Assembly (NCBI GenBank): GCA_009914755.4
Contig: CP068257.2
Span: forward strand, 43,648,001-43,712,000
Source: the human T2T-CHM13v2.0 reference genome, Homo sapiens
Length of the DNA: 64,000 bases
Reading direction: 5' to 3'
This document shows, one piece after another, positions 11,901-27,188 of the stretch; the first letter of the stretch is position 1; each line of letters opens with the position of its first letter. Position numbers and translations under genes: made by a program. A model generated the notes under the pieces. The model made no database searches, was not told the origin of the DNA, and saw nothing but the letters and a program-made list of their open reading frames with translations.

Positions 11901-13370
11901 GCCCTTTAATCCGCGGGAATTTTGTTTGGGGTTGTGTGAGATACGGGTCTAACGTTTTCTTTTTCAAATACGTAGCCAGTTGTCACATCATTTATTGAAA
12001 AAGGAATCTTTTCTCCACCGACTGACATGAAATGCTACCATCATCGTAAATAAAATTCCCGTAAATACTTGCTGTCTCTGCTGTCTCAGTCCTGACTCAC
12101 GGGCTGAGTTCTCTTTCTGCACAGTAGCACTGGCATTAACTGTGACAGCTTTACAGCAGGCTCCCTCCCCGAGGCCGTTCAGAAGCATTCCTCAGCGGGT
12201 CCTACACGTTTCCTCTCCCATGTCAAGTTTAGAAGCAGTGTCAAGACCCACAGCAGTCCTGCGGGAGTTTTAAGGGATGCACGGAGTTTATGGGGACAGT
12301 TTGGAAAATTGACATTCATGTGACTTAGAGTCCTACTACTTGAAAATGGATTCCAGCTCTCAACGAATTTAGAGCTTTGGCAAAATTTTTAAGATTTCTT
12401 TGATGTCCGATGTGCTCATTTCTTGGTTTGTTCTTGAGTATTTTGTGGATTTTTATGAAATCCACAAAGTTTTTGTTATAATGAATGGGACACTTTCCCA
12501 TAAAATGTTGTAATTCTGTATTGCTGTTTTAGTAAACACTGTTGATTGATGTATATTGATGTTACACTTGGTCACTTGTAATAGTTTGTCCGTTCATTAT
12601 TTTGAACTTTTTAGGTAAACAGTCATATAATTATGCAAATAATTATAGTTGTGTCTCTGCCTTTCTAATATTTATACTTTGTGTATATTATCATGTTGGC
12701 CAGGACTCAAGCGTCTTTCTCTTGTTTCTGACTAATGCGAATGATTCTAATGCAGGGGTTTCCAAACTGGTGGCCGGGGGGCCAAATCCAGCCAATGGTC
12801 TCTTCTTGTAAATAAAGTTTTATTGGAACACAGTTACACACATTTTTCTACATATTGTCTGATGGCTACTGTCACGCCACAGCAATGCTGTTAAATAGTC
12901 CAGACAGAGGCGGTATTGCCCGAAAAACCTAGAATATTCACCATCTGAGCTTTTACGGGAAAATTTGCTAATATCTGTTCTCATGCATTAAATACAATGT
13001 TTGTTACAGGTTAAGGAAGTTTCTGACTATTTTTAGCTTTCTGAATATCTTGTGGTTGTGTGTGCTTTAAAATTAGGACTAAATATTAAATTTACCAGTT
13101 GCTTGTTAGGGGCCTATCTTTTGAGATGCCCAAAGTTTCCCTTTTTTAGTCTCTTCATGTAGTGAGTTGTACTAACAGATTCTCTAATGTTGAACCGTCT
13201 TTGCTTTCCGGAGATAGACTTTACTTGCTCCTGGTGGATTGGATTCTGTTTGTTAATACTTTTATTTTTGGGTAATTACATCCCTATTATAAATAATATG
13301 TCAGCATCATTGTGTGTAGATGTGTGTGTGTTATTCTTGCCATTAGTTTCTCAGGTTTTTGGTTAACTAT

Positions 13371-13772
13371 TGATATGGTTTGGATCTGTGTCCCCACCCA
13401 AATCCGATGTTGAATTGTAATCCCCAGTGTTGGAGGTGTGGCCTGGTGGGAGGTGGTTGGATCATGGGAGTGAATTTCTCATGAATGGTTTAGTACCTTC
13501 CTCTTGGTACTGTTCTCGCAATAGTGAGTTCTCGCGAGATCTGGTCGTTTAAATGTGTGTGGCACCTCCCTGACCCTCCTGCTTTTGCTCTGGCCATGTA
13601 AGACGCACCAGCTCCCCTTTCACCTTCTGCCACGATTGAAGGTTTCCTGAGGCCGCCCCGAAGGTTCCCATACAGCCTGCAGAACCATGAGCCAATTTAA
13701 CCTCTTTTCCTTATAAATTACCCAGTCTCAGGTATTTCTCTATAGCAATGTGAGAATAGACTCATACAACTA
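13371..13772 (+). mobile_element. Solitary MaLR LTR (MST/THE1 family).
   Basis: It begins TGATATGGTTTGGATCTGTGTCCCCACCCAAATC...TTGAATTGTAATCCCCAGTGTTGGAGGTG...GGATCATGGG and ends ...TTATAAATTACCCAGTCTCAGGTATTTCTCTATAGCAATGTGAGAATAGACT. This is the characteristic MST/THE1 LTR structure. Confidence 0.7.
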
Positions 13773-14282
13773 TATATTACAGAATGAATTGTGATACTTT
13801 TGTCTTTGTCTGTGCCTGGAAATGATAGTAATTCTTAGTAAAAATTCACCTGTATCAAGTTCTTCCTATTGCAACAAACACAATTCTATATATTTTACAT
13901 GAGTTAAGTCCTTAACCTGGAAGTCATCCCTGTGAACTAGGTATTGCTTTCGTGTCCATCTGACAGATGAAGAGGCTGAGAGTTTAAGTAGTCTGCCTAA
14001 GGTCACCAGCCATGGGGGCGAAGATGGAATTTGAACTGAGCCGTTGGCCTTCAGAGGACAGGTTCCTAAACGGTCATTCTGTCTCTCTGTTGCAGAGATC
14101 AGTCCTGCATATTCCTGTAAAAAACTGCCTGAGCTTGGTGCTTTTTTAAAGGATATCATTTGACTACTTTTTTTTTTTTCTGTTTCCTGCCCATGTCCCA
14201 TAGGGCTAATCAGATTTTCTATTTCTACTTGAGTCAATGTTATACTTTATATTTTCATTTTTGTTGTTTTTAAATGTTACAC

Positions 14283-14562
14283 TATTTTTTGAGATAGAGT
14301 CTCGCTCTGTTGCCCAGGCTGGAGTGATCTCTGCTTATTGCAACCTCTGCCTCTCAGGCTCAAGCAATTCTCCTGCCTCAGCCTTCTGAGTAGCTGGGAT
14401 TACAGGTGTGTGCCACCACACCCGGCTAATTTTTGTATTTTTAGTAGAGATGGGGTTTTACCATGTTGGCCAGGCTGGTCTTGAACTCCTGACCTCAAGT
14501 GATCCACCTGCCTCGGCCTCCCGAAGTGCAGAGATTACAGGCATGAGCTACTGTGCCCAGCC
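14283..14562 (-). mobile_element. Alu (AluS-like), antisense.
   Basis: A poly-T head is followed by gagatagagtctcgctctgttgcccaggctggagtg...ctgggattacaggtgtgtgccaccacacccggctaatttttgtatttttagtagagatgggg...cctcccgaagtgc. Confidence 0.9.
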
Positions 14563-15132
14563 ATACTTTATATTTTCTAAGAAAATCATCTGTTTAACCT
14601 GGCTTTTAAAATGTGTCAGTATAAGCCAGAACATGGTGGTTTTATAATTGAAAAAACCTAGTGTCTGCCTGTGTCTTCCCCGAGGTCTTCTGGGTGGAGA
14701 CTGGGAAGCAGGGGCCAGTCCACAAACACACCTCATGTTACCGTTCCCTGTAGGAACCCTCAGCTCTGTGGCCATCTCAGATTAACATCCACTCCTCCTG
14801 CAGAATTTGAAAGGAGAGTTGCTATCACCAAATCCCTTCAGGTCTCAACATTTACCCAGGTTACCTTGATTCCAGAGATGGCTCTTAACTTGATTTCTAT
14901 AAACCAGTAGAGAATGTGTCTGATGGCACAGAGGAAAACACTGTCAACACGAAGTTCCTGAACAGTTTAAAGAGATGACACAGATGTTTTTTAAAGTAAC
15001 CCATCTAAATCACTGGAAATGCCCCTTTCTCCCTATTTTGTCAATGGATGGAAATGTGTTGAGAAAGGTGCTTATTGTAAGAGAAACAGAACAGAATTAA
15101 AGCTACTAATACCAATTCAAAATTGGGGAATG

Positions 15133-15450
15133 GCTGGGCGTGGTGGCTTATGCCTGTAAGCCAAGCACTTTGGGAGGCGAAGGCGGGAGGATTGCTTGAG
15201 CCCAGGAGTTCGAGACCAGCCTGGGCAGGATGGCAAGACCCCGTCTTTACAAAAAAAATTTTTTTTAATTAGCCAGGGGTGGTGGCAGACAACTGTAGTC
15301 CCAGCTACTCAGGAGGCTGAAGTGGGAGGATGGCTTGAGCCGAGGAGGTGAGGGCTGCACTTTTAATTTTTTTTTGTTTGCTTGCTTGTTTGAGATAGTG
15401 TCCAGCCTGGATGACAGAGCAAGACCCTATCTCAAAAAAAAAACCCACAA
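15133..15450 (+). mobile_element. Alu, sense, with an internal rearrangement near the 3' arm.
   Basis: ggctgggcgtggtggcttatgcctgtaagccaagcactttgggaggc...gagaccagcctgggcag...agccaggggtggtggcag... then a poly-A tail. The segment 'cttttaatttttttttgtttgcttg' replaces part of the right arm. Confidence 0.85.
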
Positions 15451-18400
15451 AAAACAAAACTGGAGGAAAATCCAGAAAAGTAGGGGACATCAACAATCAA
15501 CACACTGTAAAACTGTCATCTCAAACACGGTAATGTGTGCGTGCCCCTCGCTGGGGCTGAGTGTGTGTGACACTGCGCAGGCTTACAGGCCCCTGCACGT
15601 TTCGGCGTCTGTCCTCTGCGGATGATAACGTGCTCCTGCCGGAGCCGCTGGGGCGGTGTCTGCACTGGGAGGAAGCCCGTTGGGCTGTCATCATACCCTG
15701 CTCTGTGGGAACCTTCCAGACGAGACGGTCACTTCGGGGCAGACATTTCCTAAAGGGGCTTAGAATCAAAATCCAGGAATAAGGACATGGAATGCTGAGT
15801 GGTTTCACAACCAAAATAGAGTTTATGTCAATATTGAATATTAAACGACAACAATTAAAGCCAGCCGGGACTGAACAGCTGCCAGTGCGCAGCCTGGGTG
15901 GGGGCTCAGGACAAGGGGCTCTTATGGAGCCCCTCGAGACCCCCAGGAGGTGGACACTGCCCCCAGCTCTTGGTGGAGCCCTTGGGCTGCAACAGCAGGA
16001 ACTGAACCCCAGGGGCTTTGGGGTTAAGAGAAGAATGTCTGGACGTTAGCGGCAAAAGCAGGCGGGTGGGGCAGTGAGCACAAGCGGGGGTGCCCCTGAT
16101 ACTGGCTACCCCTCCACATCTATCTCTGTCCGGGTCTGCCTCTGTCCTCGGCACACGGCACGCGCTGCTCCGGGGGCGGCCGCGCCACAGGTGAGCGGAA
16201 CACGGTTCGAGGAAGGTGGGCCGGGCACAGGGCGGCCCGTGGTTGCAGGTACCAGAGCTTGCTGGAGCTGGCTGGGCTTTGAGGATCAATCACCTGGTTC
16301 TGCAGATGTAGAAGTATGTAAAGTAATCAGCACTTTCACCAGGGCAGGACTCGGATCCAGGCCAGCAGCTGCCCAGCCCAAGGCTCCTTGCACCACCGTG
16401 TGAGCCACATACTTTCCGGATAGGAGAAGGTCCAGAAGGTGAAGTCTGCGCCCAGGACCTGCAGAGGTGAGAGGTGAGAGGTGAGGGTCAAGCATTCCAT
16501 ACCCCGGGTTCCCTGGGGCCCCGCCCCTCTGCACAGTGACAGTCGTTTGGGAGAGGTTTCCCACAGCTGGCCTTCCCTTCAGACCACTTGAGACTCCCAT
16601 CGATGGAATGTTCATCCTCTAACTGCACAATTTTTTGCAAACCACAACTTTCTATCTTAATCTCATGAAACTGGGAATCCCAGACCATGAGAAAGTCAGG
16701 AAATGGCTTTGAACACCGGCAGGCGCTGCACAGCGCTGGGGGAGGGGGACGAGCCTGGGAACTGTCTCTGCTGAGGATCTCGGCCCCACGTAGCCCGTCC
16801 TTCAGACCCTCATGCGGTTCATCCCCTTCTGTGGCTCTTTTTCGGAGCCCCCCTACCCAGAACGTCCCACCCCAAGGCACGCAGTGGGTGCCCCTGCGGG
16901 GTCTCAGGCAGCTCCTGACTTCCAGTGAGTCCTGGGCGCCGCCTGCAGGAGGTGAAGACGCCAGGACCGTCGCTCGGGCCTCTCGGGTGGCTCTCGGGTC
17001 AGAGGGCCGCCCTACACCCTCACCTGTCCCAGAAGCCCCCCACACCCGCAGCTGTCCACTCCCCTCCGGGGGCCTCTGCTCTTCCCCTGCTGCCTCCCCC
17101 AGGACTTGCTCCTCCCTCATCCTCCATCCTCCTCCGCCTCAGCATCCCGTTAGCTCAACACCACCCTTCAGCACTGCTCAGCCACAGGCAAAGCAGAGTA
17201 AAACCCGAAACCGCCCCGAGATCCCCACGTCTCCAGTCGGACCCTGCTTCCCGGAGCGCCGCCCCCGCCTGCTGCCCGGTGTCACCCGCCTCGTGCCACC
17301 CCCGTGGCCCCGGCCGCCCCTGAGGCTCCCCAGGTGGGGGGCATGTGGCCGCCTCCCTGTTTTCGCTGTGGGTGATCCTGTGACTTCATCCGCCCCAAAC
17401 TCGCCGGCTCCTTGGCAGCAACTTGATTTGTCTTTTGTGGGGCAGGTGCTCTCTTCCCCCACGTGGGTCCTGCTCTCTGTGGCCTCCCTCGAGGTCACCT
17501 GCAGGGGCCTCTGTAGGTTGCATTGAGAGGGGCCTGTGGGTCCTGCCCCCCATCCGACACTGAGCGTTGTAGGACTCACATCGGGGAGCCCCTGCCACGT
17601 TTAGGCCTCACAGCAGCCCTGGGGGTGGACGGGTCCCACAGGTTGGCCACAGCCCCCCAGTGCCTCCCTGTGAGCCATCCTGACCGCCAGAAGGCCCCCG
17701 GTGACACCAGCACAGTCTCCCTCTGGGTTCCCACACCCAGGCCACAGGGCACTCAGGGGCAGGCTCGGCAGGGAGTCTAGTCCAGGAATTGGTACCGACT
17801 TTTCCTGGCTTCTCGAAGGTTCAGCTCTGGCCAGGGTCAGGCCCAGGAGGCAGAGCAAAACCCAAAGCTCCCTGAGACCCCCACCTTTTCTGACGGGGCC
17901 CCCGGGGACCTCGGGGTATGGAACGCTTGACCCTCGCCTCTGCCTCTTTTGAGCTGCAGTCTGGGGCAGGTGTGCGCCTCCCCGCTCAACCCAACAAGAG
18001 GCTGATCTAAGCCCCGGCCCCATGCGGGGCTGCATCCCTGCAGCACGGACCAGATGCAGTCCTGGCTGTGCCCGGCACCTCCCATCTCGCAGCTGAGGGT
18101 AACCAGGGTGGTGTGGGGCTTGTCCCAGGGCTGGCGGTTGCTGAGGAGAAGGGACACACGTGCTGACTGGGAAATGCAGGCCCGGCTCTGACGGCGAGGT
18201 CCGGGTTGCGGTTTCCACGTCTTCGTCACGAAGCCTCGAAGTGCTGCCTGTGCTTAGCAGTGAAAATATTTACTTGGAGATGTTCAGTTTCACAGAAGCC
18301 AGGAAGGGGCGGGGGTGGTGCGGAAGCATTGTTCCCCAGAGCACGCGGGAGGCGGCCCAGCCCTCAGCCAGGACGCTCCCCCACCTCACCCTCGCTGGGC

Positions 18401-21322
18401 TGTGGCCCTGGGGACGCCACCACTGGCCTCACACCGTGGAGCGTGGATAGGCCGCTCTGGCCTGTCTGCAGGGGAAATGGCTGTCACTTCCATCAGAGAT
18501 GACGGACACAGCAGGGCCTGTCTCTGCCAAAACCAGAGTCGAGGCAGTCCCCGGCAGCCGGTGTATGGGGAACCCCTCAGCTTCCGTGTGGAGGGTCAGG
18601 GAGGCTGGATGGCTTTTCCTTCCGTTCCTGTAGGCCCGAAGCCTTCCCCGGATGCACTCATGACCGGGGCCTGGCCAGCAGGCGTCCGGGAGTCAGCGGC
18701 TGCTTGGGGAACCAGGGCCCCACTCACACGCGGGAAGGTGATGGTGGCAGGCAGACTGGTAGCTGAGAGCGAAAGGTGTGGCGGGATCCGCCTGGCTGCT
18801 GCTGGAGCCCCAGGCTCGTGAATCGCCTCTGCGTCCCGTCCCCTGCGTTGGGCAGCTTCACCTGCTCATCCTGCTCGGCCTGGGTGTTTCTGCTCCTAAG
18901 CGCCCCCCTCACGGTGGTCTTGGGAGGCTGATGTGAGAGATCCCCGCTGGCTGCAGTCTCCAGGGAAGCCGGCATTCGGGGCACACGGAGGTCCTGCCTT
19001 GGTGCCCAGCCTTGGGACACCCCACAGTGAATGCCTCCTCTCCACGGTCTCCATGTCCCTGAGCTCCTGCTTAGGCCCCCAGAGCTGGCACTAAGGGTGG
19101 ATGCAGCAGCTGGTGCACATGACAGGGACGGCAGAGCCCATCCGAAGGGACATGCCACCTGGAAGCCACCTGCACCGGCTCTGTCTGGTGTCTGACGTGG
19201 GAAGGACGTGCTGGAAGCCCATGGGTGTGTGGGAGGCCCGGGCCTCGAGCCATGTCTTGGTGCGTGTCGGGGGGACGTGTTCTGTGAAGATGCCGCAGCT
19301 GCCTCACCTCCTTTCCATGTGCGGGGATGGGTGGGCAGCGTCCTTGCCAGGGGTGTTCCCGGCAGAGGGAGGAGAGCATCACCCTTGGGCCAACACCGCC
19401 ACCAGCAGCGGCCGGACCATGGAGCTGAGCATCAGCTGGACCCAGGGCAGCGAGGGGCTGTGGGCGGCACCTGTGCAGCAAATGTCAGCACCTGGTTATG
19501 AATGATGTTTAACGACAGAAGTGTGGTCACAGCGAATTCATCACCCTTGGAATTTGAGGCATGCTCTGTCCAGCGCAGTGTCAGGGCTGAGTGGGGCCCC
19601 CAAAATCCATATACTGGATCCTCAACTCCCAGGACCTCAGAGTGGGACTGGATTTGGAGGTGGGGCCTTTAAGGAGGTGATTACAGTAAAAGGGAGTCAC
19701 TGGGGTGGCCCTGTCCAGTCTGACTCCCAAGAAGGAGATGAGGACCCAGAGCGCACAGAGGGGCCCTGGGAGGGTGGGAGGAGCCATTGACTGCCAGCCA
19801 GGGGGGTCCCGGAGGCCCTGGCCCCGCAGCACCTGGACAGTGGGCCCCACCCTGCAGGACTGTGGGAGAATCGATGTGGGACGCCAAGCCCCCGTTCATG
19901 GTCCTCCGTCCCAGCTGCCGAGCAGACTAATCTGACCGCAAGGTTTGGGCCACACTGGGCTGGGCTCGGCTCGTTATTGGTCAGCCCTTGGGCACTGTGA
20001 GTTCAGCCAGAACTGCCTCCCACATCAACCATCTCCCTGTAAACACGGACCCTCGGACAGCCCTTTCCTGAGGCATAATCCCACCCTTCAAGGTAGAGCC
20101 CTCAAGGGCGTTCCCACCTCAGCAACTCCCCCAGCCATCACACCAAACATAGCCCAGACCAAAGCCAGACGCTCTCTGAGCTCCAAGGACCGGCTTGGGC
20201 CCACACCTTCCCACCATGTTTACCCCTGCTGGTGTCATCTGTTCAGTTCCAGCCAGACCACAGGGCCTCTCACCTTCCCTCCCACTGTGGCTGCCATCCT
20301 CTGGCCTGGACCGTGTCACCCTTCCACCCTCCTGGCTGAGCTTGCCCACCTTCTTGGAACGCTCTCACAAGCCCCCCTGCCAGAAGGCTCTCCTCTGGAC
20401 CACCTGACCCCACAGGCCCCTCCGCTGCTCCCCTGGCCACACCTCTCCGTGAGGCTGTCCATCTGTGGCAGCCGTGGTGTGGGTGAATTTCATCATGCTG
20501 ACACTCCTCCACACCTGCTCCGTGCCTGGCAGTCATGGTCCAGGGGCTGGATGCCCAGGGTAAAGTGGGGAAGAAGGTGATAGGCACCCAGCCACATGCT
20601 CCGTGCCCACAGATCCCTGGGGCCAGCCAAGCTGCAGGTGCCCTCCCTCAGGTGAGAGTCCACTCGGCCTTGTGATTCCTACAGAATAGCCCTTCTCTCC
20701 TTCTCCTGTGTCTCTCCAGGGGCCAGGGAGGAGATGCTAGGGGCAGAGAGCCAAGGTGGGGTCTCAGCCTGGGAGCGATGGCACTGCTGTGGTTTCAATG
20801 TCTGTGTTCCTCCGAAATCCATGTTGAAACTTAATCCCCAGCGCAACAGTGTTCAGAGGTGAGGCCTTCGGGAGGGTTAGGCCGTGAGGGTTCCACCGTC
20901 AAGGGTAGGATTAGAGCCTTACGAAAGGGCTGTCTGACTGGCCAGGCCCCTTTTGCCCTCCTGCCTTCTGCTATGAGAGGACACAGTAACAAGGGGACCA
21001 CCTTGGAAGCAGAGAGCAGTCCTCGCCAAACACCAAACCTGCCGGGGCCCTGGTTTCAGACTTCCCAGACTCCAGAGCTGTGAGCAGTACATTTCTGCTC
21101 CTTATGAGTCACCCAGTCACAGGTACCTTCTTACAGCAGCACAAAGGGGCCACGGCAGCCTGGGACCGCCCAGCCCCACCATGCTTCCTGCAGATGCGAG
21201 CAGCCAGGGTGCCAGCCACACAGGGTGCTTCTCGCTTTTAATTTTACTTTTTATTTCAAAACAATTTCAAATACACCAAAAAGTTGCAAGAATAGTACAA
21301 AGAGTACGTATTCTTCACCTAG

Positions 21323-21658
<336 letters not shown>

Positions 21659-23544
21659 TATAAGACTTCATGCTCATCCTCAACCTGGAACAGTCCTCAG
21701 TCTTTCCTTGACTTCTAAGACCTTGACTCTGTGGAAAAGAGAAATACTGTCAGTTTCGGTTTATTTCATGGTTAGACGCAGGTTGTCGGTGGAGGGAGCT
21801 GGTTCATCTGGGTTGGGAGGTGGGCGTACCGATGTGTCCACTCCAGGGGGCATTGACCTTGACCATCTGGGGAACGTGGCGTCTGCAGGGGTCTCCACTG
21901 GAAATTCCTTCCTTCTCTGTCATTCATGCACATTTCGTGGGGACACTCAGAGGTGATGTAAAACCCCATTCTTCACTCCACGTTCACCACCAGGTTTGGC
22001 ACTGACTGATGTTCTTGTTGCCTGAATTAATTGTGACAGCAACGGCTGCTGGGGGGAATTCCTCATGCGGTCACTTATCAACTGGAATTCTACCGGGGTG
22101 GGTGAGCTTTCTTTTTCCCCCATTTATTAATTAAGTATATTGACATCTATATAGAACCACAGAGTCTCATTTTATGCATGGGCCATCATCTGTTCCTGTC
22201 CTTCTTCAGTTTATTTTGTTGTTAAGTTTGTCTCAGCGGGGGACCCTTCAGGCTGGCATCTGTGTCTTTTCCATCCATGTTTCCTGGCATTTTCTTACTT
22301 TGCAGACGCACGCACACACACATTTCATCTGCAGATTCTTCTACCTATTTGTATTGGGAACCCTGCATTCCGGTGCTACCGAGGTGAATCTAATACCGTG
22401 TGCGCCGCTGTGGCTGCCGTCCTCTCTACATCGCACCTCCCGTCAGCCCCGCCGGCCTCCCTGCATGTGCTCACGTGCTCGGTCTCCTGTGCGTAACCGG
22501 TCTTCTGACCCTTGGGGCTCAGACCGGCCTAGAGGCTGCGTCCCCTAAAGCTGCCCGCTGTCCTGCTCCAATACCTCCTCCATGGAGCCCAGACCCCCAC
22601 CGGGCACCCTCCCTGCCTGCGTGGGAAGGAGTGGGTCTTTCTGAATTCAGCTTTCTCTGAAATGAGGGTGGAGTCTCTGGTGGAAGGGGGGCCCTCGCTC
22701 TGCCGCACCCTCTGCGGGAGGGAGCGGTGAGGTGCAGGCTCTGCTGGTCCTAGGGCAGCTGTGCTCAGGCCAGGCAACAGAGGAAGGGGTGCCTACAGAG
22801 GCTGCAGGGTACCTCAGGCCACCCTTGCTGCCCCATCCTCAGGTGACATGGGGAGGACCTCGCAGGGAGCCTGGCTGGTCCACTGTCCCTCCTGCTTCAT
22901 CTCTCACTCAGGCCCTAGGACTCTGCCCCAGCCAAAGCTAGCGTGGGCGATTCATGGCTCGCCGCTGCGGCAGCTGAGCACCATCAGAAGTGACCCCATT
23001 TGTGACTGTCTTGGCCTGAGAATGTTCCACGAGTGAGAACGTGCCCCTCCCTGCAGCCAGTGTCCCAGACTCCCCCGCAGCCCAGGCAGGGGCTGGGCTC
23101 GGGCGCTGACGCAACAAGGAGAGCGCTTGTCTCCGGGCAGCCAGGCGGCCAGACAGCCGGTCCACTTAGCTTCGCTGCTGCGGCCACAGCTGCCCATGGC
23201 ACACAAAGGGCCCTTGTTCCCACCCAGCATGTGCTCCCGGCGCCCCCCCACCGACCTCTCCCGGACATGATTAGGTGTGGGAACTATTTTCCTTAGGGCT
23301 GCATTTGACATTTGCCGTTCATTTGGGAGGAGGCGTCTGAACCGAAGGAGCCCTCGCCAGCCTCCCCTCCCATTCCCATCTCAGTGCAGGAGGTTTAGGA
23401 GCAGGCGGCCCTGACATGCCTGTGACCCCAGACGGGCCTGTGCAACCCAGGCCTTCGTTGCCTTCCACTCAGAACAGGAGAGTCTGGCCCAGGAGGGCGG
23501 CGGGCAGAGAGGACGAGAGGAAGACGGAGCCGGGGTGCACAAGC

Positions 23545-24180
23545 ACACACATGCGTGCACGTGCAAATACACATCAGGGACACACGTGCACAGACATGCT
23601 CCAGGAACATGAACGCATGTGCAAATACACACCAGGAACACACGTGCACAGACACACTCCAGGAATATGCATACTTGTGCAAATACACACCAGGAACACA
23701 CGTGCACAGACACACTCCAGGAATATGCACGCATGTGCAAATACACACCAGAAACACACGTGCACAGACACACTCCAGGAATATGCATACTTGTGCAAAT
23801 ACACAGCGGGAACACACGTGCACAGACACACTCCAGGAATATGCATGCATGTGCAAATACACAGCGGGAACACACGTGCACAGACACACTCCAGGAATAT
23901 GCATACTTGTGCAAATACACACCGGGAACACACGTGCACAGACACACTCCAGGAATATGCATACTTGTGCAAATACACACCAGTAACACGTGCACAGACA
24001 CACTCCAGGAATATGCATGCATGTGCAAATACACACCGGGAACACACATACACAGACACACTCCAGGAATATGCATGAACAATACACCAGGAACATACGT
24101 GTACAGACACACTCCAGAACACACACAGATGGCAGATGTGCAAATACACACCAGGAATGCACACGTAGAAATGCACAAAA
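23545..24180. repeat. 59-bp VNTR, ~10.5 copies (unit gtgcaaatacacaccaggaacacacgtgcacagacacactccaggaatatgcatacttgt).
   Basis: 'gtgcaaatacaca' recurs every 58-59 bp from 23561 onwards. Several overlapping Cys/His-rich pseudo-ORFs in the track (23381..24223 -, 23395..24162 -, 23416..24078 +, etc.) are translations of this array. Confidence 0.95.
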
Positions 24181-25989
24181 AGACGAAATGCTCTGTGTGG
24201 AACAGTGAAGACACGCAACCCATTCCCTAAGGACATTTACTCACATGTTCACGCCCACAGCCCAGCCGGCCAGCCCCAGCAGAGCTGCGGCCTCATGACA
24301 GCAGGGGCTTGCTGGGCAGTGGGACTTCAGGGTCTATCTCTCACCTGCCCCACTCACGGGCTGCCCGTGCCCTACTCTCGTCCTCGCACAGTGGGACCCA
24401 AGATGCATTTGGGCACAGCAGGAGGGAATGTCCTGGTGTGTGAGGAATGGCAGCCGGTGGGAGCTCCGTGAACTGCCTGGCCACAAACCCGCACTGGGAG
24501 CATTGTTGAAACTGCCCTCAAAACCACAGTTGAGAGCCGGGTGGGCCCTGGGAGTTTACAGTGTGCTGGGGCAGTGGGGAGAGCCTCTGATAAACACTGG
24601 AGGAGATTGCAAAATCGTGGGTCTGAAATGTGGAGCCGAAGTTCAGTTGTAGGCTGGGGCCTCCGGCGGGGCCAGAGTACCTGGGGCAGTGCCTGGCAGG
24701 CTGGGCTGGGCCTGGCGCTCTGTTCTTCCTGAGCCCAGGCTGCCATCTGCAGACAACTGCTGCCTGCCTGCTGTCTCGTGCCGCTGGGGGGCAGAAAGGG
24801 TCCTGTGGCACCGTGGGCAGGGTGGCGGCTGATCCCCTCTTCCCGCAAGGGACCCTTTTCCTGAAGTCCACGGCACTGGTGCCCCCCAGCAGCCTTGGCC
24901 CTCCTCCAGCTTAGCCGCCCCTACATCGTGTTTGACCCCTGGAGCCTGTGGATGGGACCCTGTCTAAGAGGGAGTCTTGTGGGTGAGGTGAGGTCAGGCT
25001 CTTGAGGCAAGGAGAGGGTCTGGTCTATTGGAGGGGGGACCTAGATGACATCTCAAGGGTCCTTAGGAGAGAGAAGAGAACAGGGCGCAATCCAGCCAAG
25101 GGACTCCGGGGCTTCCCAGAGCTGGAGGAGGCAGGAAGGATCCGCCTGGCAGCCCCTGGCGCCCCCTGGAGGGAGGTGGCCCCGTGACACTTTCCTTTCA
25201 GACTCCGGCCTCGGACCTGGAGAGCACATTTCTGATGCTGAAAGCACCAAGCTCATGACACTTTGTTACCACAGCCCCAGGACACATGCAGACTCTCACC
25301 TTGACCCAAAGGAGCGTATTTTATTCAAATTTCACAAAACTGAGGACTAGGGGACATTCCAGCTGCTCAGAGAAAAGCTCGTCTGACTTATCTGTAGGAA
25401 GATGAGTTACCAGTGATGAGTCACGGCTTTTACCATTTCCAAAAATACCTGTTTTTTCCTGAACTTTTAGTTCTCTCTACCCTGATCAGAAAATTAAAAA
25501 CAAAACAACAACACTTCGTGGACCAGCCCCGACAGCTGCCGTTCTGTTTTCTCCAGGCCAGCGCTGAGCAGAGCCGAGGTGGGGAGACCTGGGCAGTGCC
25601 AGGGCTGGCCCTGCTGCTGCTTCCTGGCTTCTGGACGGGGCTTCCTCTTGGCTCAGGGCCGGGGAAGCCCAGCCTCTGAACAAAGTTAGGGTCAATATCT
25701 GCATCCCTGCCCTGGCCAGGCACCGCATCTCACATGGGAAAGACCTATTTGTCCTTAAATGGGAGAGGAGACGGAATCCCAGAAGGGGGCAGTGACCCAA
25801 CTAAGGTCAAAGGGCTGCCCCCGGGAAACCAGCCGCTTCTCATCCCCAAGGCAGCCTGCCCGCCCTGGAGAGCCCGGGATCCCCAGATACTGTCGACGAA
25901 AGGGGCAGGGCCTGTGAGCGACGCTGGCCTTAGGCCTGGACTGCAAGGGGTGGCCCTGGCTAGAGATGGGACTGCACACCCTTCCAGGC

Positions 25990-26345
25990 ACCATCCTGGG
26001 TAATGGAGACACTCTGGGAACACGTATGTGCACATGCACATGCTTACACACACATGCACACTCATGCAATTACACATGCATACACAGCCATGTGCACACA
26101 CACATCCATACACACATCCATACACATGAACACACATCCACACACATCCATACACGGGTGCACACACTTGCAGTCACACATGCACACACAGCCATGTGCA
26201 CACACATCCACACGTGTACACACATGCAAAACATGCATATGCAGTCATGTGCCCACACATGTGCACACACATATACACACATACAAGCCCCCACACACTC
26301 AGCATGTCCACAGGTGGAGGTGGGTGGGGAGGGTGTTCTGGGGGA
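25990..26345. repeat. CA/CAT-rich cryptic simple repeat (acacacatccatacacac..., cacacatgcacac...). It ends in the unique tag gcatgtccacaggtggaggtgggtggggagggtgttc, which is duplicated at 27755-27800.
   Basis: Directly visible low-complexity sequence. The tag matches 27755-27800 at ~90%. Confidence 0.85.
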
Positions 26346-26793
26346 GCTGGGCAGGTGGGGGCAGCTCTAGGATGGCGGTGCCCGAGCTCAGCCCGGCCTC
26401 TGCTTCCTAGGTGCCACCCTAAGGACCAAATCCCCAGAAGCCAGGTGAGGACATCGGAGAACCGGGCTGCTCCGTAGCAGACCCATAGACCCTGATGCAT
26501 GGCTGGGCACCCTGGCCTGTCCCAGAGCCTGCAGAAGGGCGGAAGCCTAGACAAACTCATCCGCTTCTGCTGTCCCAAGATGACTTTCAGCCCAGGTCAG
26601 CCCAGGTAAGTCCGTGTCCACCAGCTGCCCGGTCTGCTCTGGAGGCAGAGGCTTGCAGTTCCGGGAGACAGACCCGCCACCTGGCAGAGGTTGTGGGAGG
26701 CTTGTCACCGTTGGTTGGCCCCCTGGCACCTGCCTCTCCTCCCAGGGAGCAGGGATGAGTCAGCTCCCTGGCCCTTGGACTTAGGAAGCCTCA

Positions 26794-27188
<395 letters not shown>

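Noticed and set aside
23381-24236. Cluster of 5-6 overlapping 200-280-aa Cys/His-rich ORFs on both strands.
   Set aside because: All derive from the 59-bp VNTR, which is TG/CA-rich and has few stop codons. Mutually overlapping frames on both strands are incompatible with a real gene.
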